64,000 nucleotides of DNA from Limisphaerales bacterium (GTDB taxonomy: Bacteria; Verrucomicrobiota; Verrucomicrobiia; Limisphaerales; UBA11358), in the NCBI GenBank assembly GCA_003134375.1, contig PLAY01000065.1, forward strand, positions 158 to 64,157. The letters are read 5' to 3'. How positions within the stretch are numbered: position 1 is the stretch's first letter; each line of letters opens with the position of its first letter. The notes beneath the pieces were generated by a model. That model did no database searches. It worked only from the letters and a program-made list of their open reading frames with translations, and had not been told where the DNA came from. The position numbers and the translations under genes were made by a program. Shown one piece after another: positions 1 to 7,876 of the stretch.

Positions 1-238
1 CAGAACCGGCCATGGCCTGATGCATGGTATCGGGGCAAAGGTCAACGCCACCAGGCCATTCAACGCAGCCGAAATCGGGATTGACGGTGACGGCGTTAAA
101 AATCCGCGGGTCGAGCAATTTCAGAAACACGCCGCCGCGCCGTTCGGGTTCAACGGGAAAAATCCCGCTCACGCCGTCGTTGAAGGTGACCTTCAACCGG
201 CAGTCCGGCAACGGTTCGGCGGAAACAATCCGATTCAT
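1..238 (-). CDS. DUF2442 family protein, partial (3' end lies beyond window start)
   Basis: Not in the ORF track because there is no stop in the window. Reverse-strand ATG at 238..236. My translation MNRIVSAEPLPDCRLKVTFNDGVSGIFPVEPERRGGVFLKLLDPRIFNAVTVNPDFGCVEWPGGVDLCPDTMHQ fits the DUF2442 pattern (V.F.DG ... WP.G.DL.PD). It lies about 10 nt downstream of its usual DUF4160 partner. Confidence 0.7.
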   Translation of the reverse strand, partial: MNRIVSAEPLPDCRLKVTFNDGVSGIFPVEPERRGGVFLKLLDPRIFNAVTVNPDFGCVEWPGGVDLCPDTMHQAMAGS

Positions 239-247
239 GTCTTTATT

Positions 248-508
248 CTACTCCAAAGGCGGGATTTTGGAAGGCTCTTGATTGCGGCTGGCCATGTCCC
301 ATGCCCGCCGCAGTTCCGTGCGATGCAACGCCGCCCATTCGAGCACCAGCGCCTGCGCGCGGCGGGTCATTTCGCCATCAATGACTTCAAGGGTGTTGAT
401 GTTCACCTTGATTTGCTCGCCTTGATAAACGGCATGAAAATGCGGCGGCGCATGGTCGCCATAAAACATGCGGATGATGATCCCGTAAAACCGGCTCAAT
501 TCAGGCAT
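248..508 (-). CDS. DUF4160 family protein
   Basis: 86-aa ORF. The N-terminus MPELSRFYGIIIRMFYGDHAPPHFHAVY carries the DUF4160 signature (FYGI.I.M...DH.PPHFH). Forms a two-gene cassette with the DUF2442 gene. Confidence 0.8.
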   Translation of the reverse strand: MPELSRFYGIIIRMFYGDHAPPHFHAVYQGEQIKVNINTLEVIDGEMTRRAQALVLEWAALHRTELRRAWDMASRNQEPSKIPPLE

Positions 509-622
509 GTCGGGAGATTATTTAATTTCAAATGGCAGGCAAGGTCTTTGCAAACGGCTGCCATCCGCCTGCGCCGCTCCGTCTTGACTTTTCGCATCCC
601 GCCTGCCATTGAAGGCTTCACC

Positions 623-1189
623 ATGAACCACAAGAAATCTTGCCTGCCAGGACTGCTGGCGTTACCAATACTGGCCATGCTGATGAATGCTCCCAACGTG
701 CCCGCCCAAGACAAACCGGCTGTTCCCGTACCCGACGCCGGCAAACCCCAGCCGGTTGCGACCAGCGAGAAATCCGCCCTTGGTTTCGCTGAACTGGCGG
801 ACAAGGCGCTGCTGGCCATGCAGCAACGCGCAGCAGAACTCAAGGCCACCGGCGTGGCCGTGGTCGCCTTCAGCGAAGGCGACAGTGTCAAATCCTGGTC
901 GTCGAAAATGGTGGTGGTGGGCAATCTGAAAACCGGCCCTTCCAAAAACGATCCCGCCGGAGCGAACCTGCTCGGCATTGCCTATGCCAAGGCCGCGGAA
1001 ATGGCGGACACGCTCAAAGCCAGCGGCAGCGCGGGCCGGCCGCCTTTGAAAGGCGAGTTCGGCTGGCAGGGCGGAGTGGTGGCCAAGGGACGAACTGGAA
1101 TTTTGATCGCGGCCTTCAGCGGCGGCCCTTCCGCGGACGACGTAAAAATTTCCCAGGCCGGCCTTGCGGTCCTGACCCAATCGTTGTAA
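623..1189 (+). CDS. secreted GlcG/HbpS-like (DUF336) protein
   Basis: ATG at 623 inside track ORF 20..1189. Signal peptide MNHKKSCLPGLLALPILAMLMNAPNVPAQ. The C-terminal ILIAAFSGGPSADDVKISQAGL resembles the GlcG/HbpS G.IGVSGG...D motif. The upstream part of the track ORF overlaps the DUF4160 gene and is not coding. Confidence 0.55.
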   Translation: MNHKKSCLPGLLALPILAMLMNAPNVPAQDKPAVPVPDAGKPQPVATSEKSALGFAELADKALLAMQQRAAELKATGVAVVAFSEGDSVKSWSSKMVVVGNLKTGPSKNDPAGANLLGIAYAKAAEMADTLKASGSAGRPPLKGEFGWQGGVVAKGRTGILIAAFSGGPSADDVKISQAGLAVLTQSL

Positions 1190-1200
1190 TCGCCCCGCGC

Positions 1201-1725
1201 ATGAAAATTTTCTCCGCCATCATCCTGCTGGCTTTGACGGGCACGGTGGCCATGGCCCAGATCAAGCTGGCCGACATCAAGGAAGACGCGTGGTATTCGA
1301 TCGTCGCCTGTCACAGCGGCAAGGCGCTGGAAATCCAGGGCGCCGGCAAGGACAACGGCTTGCAGCTTCAGCAGAATGAACCCACCGGGGCGGACAACCA
1401 GCTCTTTCAGTTCAAACAAATCCAGAGCGGTTATTTCCAGATCACCGTCAAACACAGCGGCAAAGTTTTGGAAGTGAGGGACGGTTCGATGAAAGACCAT
1501 GCCGTGGTCCAGCAAAACGAGGTCAATGGAAAGGATTATCAACTGTTCACCGTGGTGAAGGAAACCAGCGGGAATTATCGGATCATCGCCCGGCACAGTG
1601 GCTACGGTTTCGACGTGCTCGGGGGTGTTAATGCCTTGAGCAACAACGTGCCGGTCGTCGTCTATCCCGCCACCGGCGCCAGAAACCAAACCTTCAAGCT
1701 GGTGGCGGCAAAACCGGGCGCGTGA
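1201..1725 (+). CDS. secreted ricin-type beta-trefoil lectin domain protein
   Basis: Signal peptide MKIFSAIILLALTGTVAMAQ. Three pseudo-repeats each end in a QxW/F-like motif (NQLFQF, YQLFTV, NQTFKL), with SGKALE / SGKVLE / SGYGFD strands. Confidence 0.7.
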   Translation: MKIFSAIILLALTGTVAMAQIKLADIKEDAWYSIVACHSGKALEIQGAGKDNGLQLQQNEPTGADNQLFQFKQIQSGYFQITVKHSGKVLEVRDGSMKDHAVVQQNEVNGKDYQLFTVVKETSGNYRIIARHSGYGFDVLGGVNALSNNVPVVVYPATGARNQTFKLVAAKPGA

Positions 1726-1792
1726 ACCATCCGATTCCGACGCGACAAACACATTTTTCGCGGTTGTTTTCTTTCAACCTTGCATGCCTTCA

Positions 1793-1820
1793 ATTCGCGT
1801 AAATTCGTGAAATTCGTGTC
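1793..1820. repeat. solo arm of the CACGAAT/CACGGAT repeat family (inverted orientation)
   Basis: ATTCGCGTAAATTCGTGAAATTCGTGTC is the reverse complement of GACACGAAT-type units seen at 5811-5840. There is only one arm, so the call is weak. Confidence 0.3.
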
Positions 1821-1885
1821 AAAGTCTTTCCGCCTCCAAAATTGAATTGTCCCCTGCTCCATTTCGCGGCAAACTTCCTGTTCCT

Positions 1886-3253
1886 ATGCAGCAGGTAAAT
1901 CTTGGCATGATCGGCGGGGGCACCGTGGGCAGCGGCGTGTTTCACGCACTCCAGCTCAACGGCGGCCTCATGGCCTCGCGCATCGGCGTGAAAGTCGCCG
2001 TCCGCAAAGTCGCCGTAAAGGCGTTCAATGAACCGCGGCCGTATCAAATCCCGCGTTCGCTCATGACGCTGGACTGGCAAAGCGTCGTCAACGATCCGCA
2101 GGTGGACATTGTCACCGAACTGGTCGGCGGCACGGGCATCGCCCGGACGATGGTTCTCGCGGCGCTCAAGCTCGGCAAACCGGTCGTCACGGCCAACAAG
2201 GCCCTGCTGTCCGCGCACGGCGAGGAATTGTTTGCCGCGGCCAAGAAATACGGCACGAATCTTTATTACGAGGCGAGCGTTTGCGGTGGCATTCCCATCA
2301 TCAAATCGCTGCGCGAAGGCTTTGTCGGCAACCGCATCGAAGCGCTGTACGGCATCGTCAACGGCACCTGCAATTACATCCTCACGCGGATGAAGCTGGA
2401 AGGCGCGGACTTCGACGCCGTGCTCACCGACGCGCAGAAGCAGGGTTACGCGGAGACGCCGCCGGACCTGGACATTGACGGCCACGATGCTGCGCACAAG
2501 ATCGGCATTCTTGCCTCGCTGGCGCATGGCTTTTGGGTGAACCCGAAGAAAATCCATGTCGAAGGCATCCGCCATGTTTCCGCATTGGACATCAAATTTG
2601 CCGGCGAGCTGGGGTACACGATCAAGCTCCTTGGGATTATCAAACGAATTGACGATTTACGATTGACGATTGACGCGACCAAAAACAAACCGGCGCGTAA
2701 ATCGAATATCGTAAATCGTAAATGCAAAGTGCAGGTTTCGGTTTATCCGACGCTGGTGCCCAATGCGCATGTTCTCGCCAGTGTGAACCACGTCTTCAAC
2801 GCCGTGTTTGTGCGCGGCGACATCGTCGGCGACACGTTGTTTTATGGGCGTGGCGCGGGCAAGGACGCCACCGCCAGCGCGGTGCTCAGCGACCTGGCCG
2901 ACGCGGCGTTGGATTTGAAATCCGGATGCAAACAGCGCGTGCCGCCGTTTGTGCCGCACGAATGCGCCGGGGCGGTGATGCCGATCGAGGACGCCGTCTC
3001 GCAGTATTTTCTCCGGCTCAACGTCGTGGACCGTCCGGGCACGCTGGCGAAGATCGCCGCCATTTTCGGCGCGGCGAAGATCGGCATCTCGTCCGTCATC
3101 CAGCCGGAAGGCCATGAAGGCAAAAGTGTGCCGCTGATTTTCATGATGCATTACGCGACCAACGGCGCGGTCAACGGCGCATTGAAAAAAATCAGCCGCT
3201 TGCCGGTCATCAAAGGCAAACCGGTGATGATTCGCGTCGAGAATTTTGAATGA
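1886..3253 (+). CDS. hom: homoserine dehydrogenase
   Basis: Start moved to ATG 1886 (MQQVNLGMIGGGTVGSGV, a Rossmann motif). Conserved NKALL, YYEASVCGGIPII, NGTCNYILT, PTLVP..H.LASV...FNAV and a C-terminal ACT-like region. Carries a 23-codon repeat-derived insertion (see 2655-2723). Confidence 0.92.
   Translation: MQQVNLGMIGGGTVGSGVFHALQLNGGLMASRIGVKVAVRKVAVKAFNEPRPYQIPRSLMTLDWQSVVNDPQVDIVTELVGGTGIARTMVLAALKLGKPVVTANKALLSAHGEELFAAAKKYGTNLYYEASVCGGIPIIKSLREGFVGNRIEALYGIVNGTCNYILTRMKLEGADFDAVLTDAQKQGYAETPPDLDIDGHDAAHKIGILASLAHGFWVNPKKIHVEGIRHVSALDIKFAGELGYTIKLLGIIKRIDDLRLTIDATKNKPARKSNIVNRKCKVQVSVYPTLVPNAHVLASVNHVFNAVFVRGDIVGDTLFYGRGAGKDATASAVLSDLADAALDLKSGCKQRVPPFVPHECAGAVMPIEDAVSQYFLRLNVVDRPGTLAKIAAIFGAAKIGISSVIQPEGHEGKSVPLIFMMHYATNGAVNGALKKISRLPVIKGKPVMIRVENFE
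2655..2723. repeat. 69-bp imperfect hairpin repeat (ATTTACGAT / ATCGTAAAT family), in frame in hom
   Basis: Left arm ATTTACGATTGACGATTGACGCG, right arm CGCGTAAATCGAATATCGTAAATCGTAAAT. A sibling copy with the same ends lies at 10024-10097. Length is 69 bp, or 23 codons. Confidence 0.8.
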
Positions 3254-3305
3254 TGACAAATATCGGCGAATTGCCTTTTGAAGCAAATTCAGCCATCTTA
3301 AAGAC

Positions 3306-3491
3306 ATGAGCGACAAGCAACTTGCCTTGAAAACGATTGAGCGCCTGCCCGACGACGCGAGTTTGGATGCCATCGCGCAACGGTTGGAATTCGTCGCCGG
3401 AATTCGCAAGGGCCTGGATCAAATCAAAAAAGGCGAGACCGTGCCGCACGAAGAGGTCAAACGCCAACTGGCGACATGGCTTTCAAAATAA
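3306..3491 (+). CDS. type II antitoxin (ParD/addiction-module antidote-like, family unresolved)
   Basis: 61-aa ORF overlapping the downstream ParE-like toxin by 16 nt. Small helical acidic protein with an ERLPDDASLD motif. Confidence 0.65.
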   Translation: MSDKQLALKTIERLPDDASLDAIAQRLEFVAGIRKGLDQIKKGETVPHEEVKRQLATWLSK

Positions 3492-3790
3492 TCTGGTCGG
3501 AACAGGCGCGGGAGGATTTGCGGGAGATCGTTACTTTCATTGCTCTCGACAATCCGACTACGGCTGAGTCTTTTGGATATTTGCTGATGACGAAGGTGGA
3601 TGCGCTGGCGCAATTTCCACGATTGGGACGGGTTGTGCCGGAAGAAGATGATGAAGATATTCGAGAAATCATTTTTCGTTCATATCGGATTGTTTATCAG
3701 GTGATTGAGAAACAGCAGGTTGTGGCCATCGCGCGGATCTGGCACGGTGCGCGGGGCGAGCCTGAAATTCCTGAGCGGTTGAAATTTTAA
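3476..3790 (+). CDS. RelE/ParE family toxin
   Basis: 104 aa. IIWSEQAREDLREIVTFIALDNP...FPRLGRVVPE...IREIIFRSYRIVYQV......IARIWHGAR matches the ParE toxin pattern. Confidence 0.8.
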   Translation: MAFKIIWSEQAREDLREIVTFIALDNPTTAESFGYLLMTKVDALAQFPRLGRVVPEEDDEDIREIIFRSYRIVYQVIEKQQVVAIARIWHGARGEPEIPERLKF

Positions 3791-3792
3791 TC

Positions 3793-5007
3793 ATGTTGAT
3801 TGTTCAAAAATACGGCGGCACTTCGGTCGGCAACCCCGACCGCATCAAAAACGTCGCGGCGCGCGTGGCCAAATATCGCGCGCTGGGCGACCAGATCGTC
3901 GTCGTCGTGTCCGCGATGAGCGGTGTGACGGATAATTTGATCAAGCTGGCCAAGGAAATCATGCCGCTGCCCAGCGAGCGCGAGATGGATGTGCTGCTCG
4001 CGACCGGCGAGCAGCAGACCATCGCGCTCACGGCCATTGCGCTGCACGCGTTGAACGTGCCAGCGGTGTCGCTCACCGGTCCGCAGGCGGGCATCGTCAC
4101 CGACGTGGTTCACACCAAGGCCAAAATTCACAACATCACGCCGAAGAAAGTTCACGAGCTTTTGAAGCAGGGCAACGTCGTCATCGTCGCCGGTTTTCAG
4201 GGCGAGACGCCGGAAGGCCAGATCACGACGCTAGGCCGCGGCGGTTCGGATTTGACGGCCATTGCGCTTGCCGCCGCGCTCAAGGCCGACCTCTGCCAGA
4301 TTTACACGGACGTGGACGGCGTCTATACCGCCGACCCGCGCATCGTGCCAACCGCGAAGAAGCTCGAAGAGATTTCCTACGACGAAATGCTCGAACTGGC
4401 CAGCCTCGGCGCGAAGGTGATGCAGAGTCGCTCGGTTGAATTTGCCAAAAAATTCGGAGTGGTCTTTGAAGTCCGCTCCAGTCTCAATGAAAACCCCGGA
4501 ACCATTGTGAAAGAAGAAACTAAAAGCATGGAAGGCGTCGTTGTGCGCGGCGTCTCGCTCGACAAAAACCAGGCCAAAATCACGCTCGTCGGCGTGCCCG
4601 ACAAGCCCGGCGTGGCCGCGCGCATTTTCAAGGCGCTCGGCGACGCGACCGTGAACGTGGACATGATCGTGCAAAACATCAGCCACGGCACCGGCACGCC
4701 CCAGACGGACATTTCCTTCACGGCGGACAAGCCGGATTTGCTCAAGGCACAGAAGGTCATTGACGGCCTGAAAAGCGAACTCGGCCTGCGCGAAATGATC
4801 ACCGCTGAGAAAATCGGCAAGCTGTCCATCGTGGGCGTCGGCATGAAGAGCCACACGGGCGTGGCTGGAAAACTGTTTGATACGCTGGCCCGGGAAGGCG
4901 TGAATATTGACATGATTTCGACGAGCGAAATTAAAATTTCCGTCGTCATCGATCTGGCCAAGGGCGAAGCCGCGATGAAGGCCGTTCACGCGGCGTTCAT
5001 TGGCTGA
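3793..5007 (+). CDS. lysC: aspartate kinase
   Basis: MLIVQKYGGTSVG kinase N-terminus, GRGGSDLTA, IYTDVDGVYTADPR, and two C-terminal ACT repeats (KISLVG/LSIVGVGM). Confidence 0.95.
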   Translation: MLIVQKYGGTSVGNPDRIKNVAARVAKYRALGDQIVVVVSAMSGVTDNLIKLAKEIMPLPSEREMDVLLATGEQQTIALTAIALHALNVPAVSLTGPQAGIVTDVVHTKAKIHNITPKKVHELLKQGNVVIVAGFQGETPEGQITTLGRGGSDLTAIALAAALKADLCQIYTDVDGVYTADPRIVPTAKKLEEISYDEMLELASLGAKVMQSRSVEFAKKFGVVFEVRSSLNENPGTIVKEETKSMEGVVVRGVSLDKNQAKITLVGVPDKPGVAARIFKALGDATVNVDMIVQNISHGTGTPQTDISFTADKPDLLKAQKVIDGLKSELGLREMITAEKIGKLSIVGVGMKSHTGVAGKLFDTLAREGVNIDMISTSEIKISVVIDLAKGEAAMKAVHAAFIG

Positions 5008-5008
5008 A

Positions 5009-5647
5009 ATGAATCATTGTTCCTATTGTGGAAAGGAATATGCCGATGATGTCATTGTTTGTCCGGTTGACGGGCGGCCGGTCATAAACCAGGAGGAAAA
5101 ACAAGGAAAGTTCGCGGCCCAACCTAAAGCCACTAAAACAGCATTCAATGTCAAACTGGTTTCTCCCCTTTCGTCCGCCGGCAAATACCGGGTTTTTGTT
5201 GAACGGAGCGATCTGCTTTTCATTCAGGTTGAGGGCGGATCAAGATCCATTTTGGAAGCGGCGGCTCCTTTTATCGGCCCGGCTGGCAATATAATTCCAC
5301 TGACCCTGTGGCTGTTCGGCAAAAGAAAAACCAAAGCGAAACTCCAACGTCTTGAAACAGGCGACCCGGAGGAATTGCTTCGCGAAAGCGAAAATAATTT
5401 CAAGTTGAACCTGGCCGAAATTCGCGACGCCGCCATCGAAGCCCCGGCTTTTTTTCAGACCAGCGGAAAAGCCGGGCGGCTGAACTTTTCAGTGCGGCAT
5501 GGAGAGAAAATCAAGTGCGAGTTTGATAATGCCACAGAAATGAACAATGCGATTCGCTTGCTCGCCCCGCTGTTGTCTTCAACTTTGAAAGTGAACGTGG
5601 AATGGAACGGCGAAAAACAACGATTTGAAAGAAAGAAAACGATTTGA
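5009..5647 (+). CDS. hypothetical protein with N-terminal zinc ribbon
   Basis: The ATG at 5009 gives MNHCSYCGKEYADDVIVCPVDG (CxxC...CP). I do not recognise the remaining ~190 aa. The track start at 5000 is a TTG overlapping the lysC stop. Confidence 0.6.
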   Translation: MNHCSYCGKEYADDVIVCPVDGRPVINQEEKQGKFAAQPKATKTAFNVKLVSPLSSAGKYRVFVERSDLLFIQVEGGSRSILEAAAPFIGPAGNIIPLTLWLFGKRKTKAKLQRLETGDPEELLRESENNFKLNLAEIRDAAIEAPAFFQTSGKAGRLNFSVRHGEKIKCEFDNATEMNNAIRLLAPLLSSTLKVNVEWNGEKQRFERKKTI

Positions 5648-5675
5648 CCCGACGAATCCATACTGCTATCTTTAC

Positions 5676-5750
5676 AAGGTGAATCGCAATTTGAATCTGA
5701 ACCTGCTGCTAAACGTGCTGCGGTTGTGCCGCGCGGCGGTTGGGTTCTGA
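5676..5750 (+). promoter_or_regulatory. candidate Leu-rich leader peptide ORF for leuA attenuation
   Basis: AAGGTG (5676-5681), then TTG 5691 (or in-frame GTG 5679) and a stop at 5748-5750. The peptide is (MNRN)LNLNLLLNVLRLCRAAVGF with 6-7 Leu codons, including CTG CTG CTA at 5703-5711. It is followed by an antiterminator/terminator pair and lies upstream of leuA. Confidence 0.4.
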
Positions 5751-5770
5751 TTGCGTTCGAATAATTTGAG

Positions 5771-5803
5771 AACCCCACTGCCAGACGGCGGTGGGGTTTT
5801 TTG
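5771..5803 (+). terminator. rho-independent terminator
   Basis: AACCCCACTGCC (5771-5782), loop AGAC, GGCGGTGGGGTT (5787-5798). This is a 12-bp stem with one G-T pair, running into a six-T run (5797-5802). Confidence 0.8.
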
Positions 5804-5806
5804 CTT

Positions 5807-6034
5807 TTAACCACGAATGAACACGAATAGACACGAATGGCAAAAGCCGGAGCCGGCGGAGCGCGGCTGTGTCCCGCAAAGCGGGATCAGCCGCAGCGCG
5901 TCCACTTGCAGAGAAGTCTCACGCAAGTTCCAACGCTTCAACCGCAGCGTGGCTGCTGCGACTGGTGCTATGCACACCGTCGCGCTCCGGCGGCGCATTT
6001 TATCCGTGTCCATCCGTGTTTATCCGTGGTTTAA
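5807..6034. repeat. TTAA-ended inverted-repeat element (CCACGRAT family), copy E1
   Basis: Left arm TTAACCACGAATGAACACGAATAGACACGAATGG. Right arm TATCCGTGTCCATCCGTGTTTATCCGTGGTTTAA. The arms are reverse complements apart from A/G transitions. About 160 bp of GC-rich core. Lies between the terminator and the leuA start. Confidence 0.75.
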
Positions 6035-6054
6035 TTCCGTCAACACCTGAGTTT

Positions 6055-7710
6055 ATGCACAAACAACCGTCAAAAAAATACCGGCCGTTCCCGGCGCCCA
6101 GCCTGCCCGACCGGCAGTGGCCGAACCGCGTCCTTACCCACGCGCCCATCTGGTGCAGCGTGGACTTGCGCGATGGCAATCAGGCGCTCGCCGTGCCCAT
6201 GAACGTCGGCCAGAAGCTCGAATTGTTCCAGACGCTCGTGAAAATTGGCTTCAAGGAAATCGAAATCGGCTTTCCGGCCGCGTCGAACACGGAATTCGCA
6301 TTCAACCGCCGGCTCATCGAGGAAAATCGCGCGCCGGACGACGTGTGGCTCCAGGTGCTCGTGCAGGCGCGTGAAGAGTTGATCGAGCGCACGTTCGAAT
6401 CACTCGTCGGCGCGAAGAAGACCATCATCCACCTTTACAATTCCACTTCGCCCGCCCAGCGCCGCGTTGTGTTCGGGAAATCGAAGCAGGAAATCATCGA
6501 AGTCGCCGTGCAGGGCGCCAAGTGGGTCCGGGAGCGATTGCCCCGGCTCAAGGGCACGAAGGTCATGCTCCAATATTCCCCGGAGAGCTTCAGCTCCACC
6601 GAGGTCGAATTTGCCCGGGAAATTTCCGAGGCGGTCATGGCGGTCTGGCAGCCCACGCCGCAGCGAAAAATGATCCTGAACCTGCCCGACACCGTCGAGA
6701 TCGCCACCCCGAACGTCTATGCCGACCAGATTGAATGGATGTGCCGGAACCTCAAAAACCGCGAGTCGCTCATCATCAGCCTCCACGGGCACAACGACCG
6801 CAGCACGGGCGTGGCGGCGACGGAGCTGGGCCTGCTCGCCGGCGCGGACCGCGTCGAAGGCACGCTCTTCGGCAACGGCGAGCGCACCGGCAATCTCGAC
6901 ATCGTCACCGTGGCGCTGAACTTGTACATGCACGGCGTCCATCCCGGACTGGATTTCAGCGACCTGAATTCCATCATCGAGGTCTATGAACGGTGCACGG
7001 GCATGACGGTGCCGCCGCGCCATCCGTACGCGGGCGAACTCGTCTTCACCGCGTTCAGCGGGTCGCACCAGGACGCCATCCGCAAGGGATTGCACGAATG
7101 GAAAGAGGGCAAACGCGAACACTGGGACGTGCCGTATCTCACCATTGACCCGACGGACATCGGGCGCGAATACCGCGAGATCATTCGCGTCAACAGCCAG
7201 TCCGGCAAAGGTGGCGTGGCGTATTTGTTGGAGAGCCAGTTCGGCATCGAGTTGCCCAAGGACATGCAGCGCGAGTTCGGCCCGATTGCCAATGACGAGG
7301 TGGACAAGCTTGGACGCGAAGTCACCGCCGCCGAATTGAAGGCGATGTTCTGGCACGAATACATCGAACGCAACAAGCCATGGCAGCTCAAGCGTTTTGA
7401 AACCGAGAGCAAAAACGGCGTCGTCCGTTGCCGCGCAAAATTTTTGCGCGACGGCAAGCCGGTCGAACTTTCCGGCGAAGGCAACGGCCCGCTCGCCGCG
7501 CTCGTCCACGGTTTCAGCAAAATCGGTGTGTCGCGTTTTGAAATTGCCAATTACAGCGAGCATGCTTTGAGTTCCGGCGAAGAGGCCGTGGCGATTGCTT
7601 ACATTCAAATCAAGCACGCCGATGGCAAAACCCGCTGGGGCGCGGGCGTGGACACGAACATCGAGCTTGCCTCCGTGCGCGCCGTGTTGAGCGCACTGAA
7701 CCGGTCGTAA
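6055..7710 (+). CDS. leuA: 2-isopropylmalate synthase (long form)
   Basis: Start at ATG 6055 (MHKQPSKKYRPF). WCSVDLRDGNQAL, HGHNDRSTGVAATELGLLAGADRVEGTLFGNGERTGN, and a C-terminal LeuA dimerisation/regulatory domain. The track ORF start at 5869 runs through the repeat and is rejected. Confidence 0.93.
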   Translation: MHKQPSKKYRPFPAPSLPDRQWPNRVLTHAPIWCSVDLRDGNQALAVPMNVGQKLELFQTLVKIGFKEIEIGFPAASNTEFAFNRRLIEENRAPDDVWLQVLVQAREELIERTFESLVGAKKTIIHLYNSTSPAQRRVVFGKSKQEIIEVAVQGAKWVRERLPRLKGTKVMLQYSPESFSSTEVEFAREISEAVMAVWQPTPQRKMILNLPDTVEIATPNVYADQIEWMCRNLKNRESLIISLHGHNDRSTGVAATELGLLAGADRVEGTLFGNGERTGNLDIVTVALNLYMHGVHPGLDFSDLNSIIEVYERCTGMTVPPRHPYAGELVFTAFSGSHQDAIRKGLHEWKEGKREHWDVPYLTIDPTDIGREYREIIRVNSQSGKGGVAYLLESQFGIELPKDMQREFGPIANDEVDKLGREVTAAELKAMFWHEYIERNKPWQLKRFETESKNGVVRCRAKFLRDGKPVELSGEGNGPLAALVHGFSKIGVSRFEIANYSEHALSSGEEAVAIAYIQIKHADGKTRWGAGVDTNIELASVRAVLSALNRS

Positions 7711-7876
7711 TCAAATGACACGCCAAAGCATGGACACCAATCGTTTGGTGTTCATCCTTCCGGGTGTTCGGACAGGAAAGGAAACCGCCGGTAGGCGACA
7801 CCCGCCAGCGGCATTATGTTTGTAATCAAGCCATTTTCGGCTCGTCAAATAGTGACGAATGGTTTAGTTTCCAGAC

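Noticed and set aside
20-622. The upstream 200 codons of track ORF 20..1189.
   Set aside because: This stretch overlaps the DUF4160 and DUF2442 genes on the other strand and has no protein-like features. A signal peptide begins at the internal ATG 623.
5869-6054. An N-terminal extension of leuA suggested by track ORF 5869..7710.
   Set aside because: The extension runs through repeat element E1, and its translation (…FYPCPSVFIRGLIP) is the typical repeat-derived peptide. The conserved LeuA sequence starts at ATG 6055.
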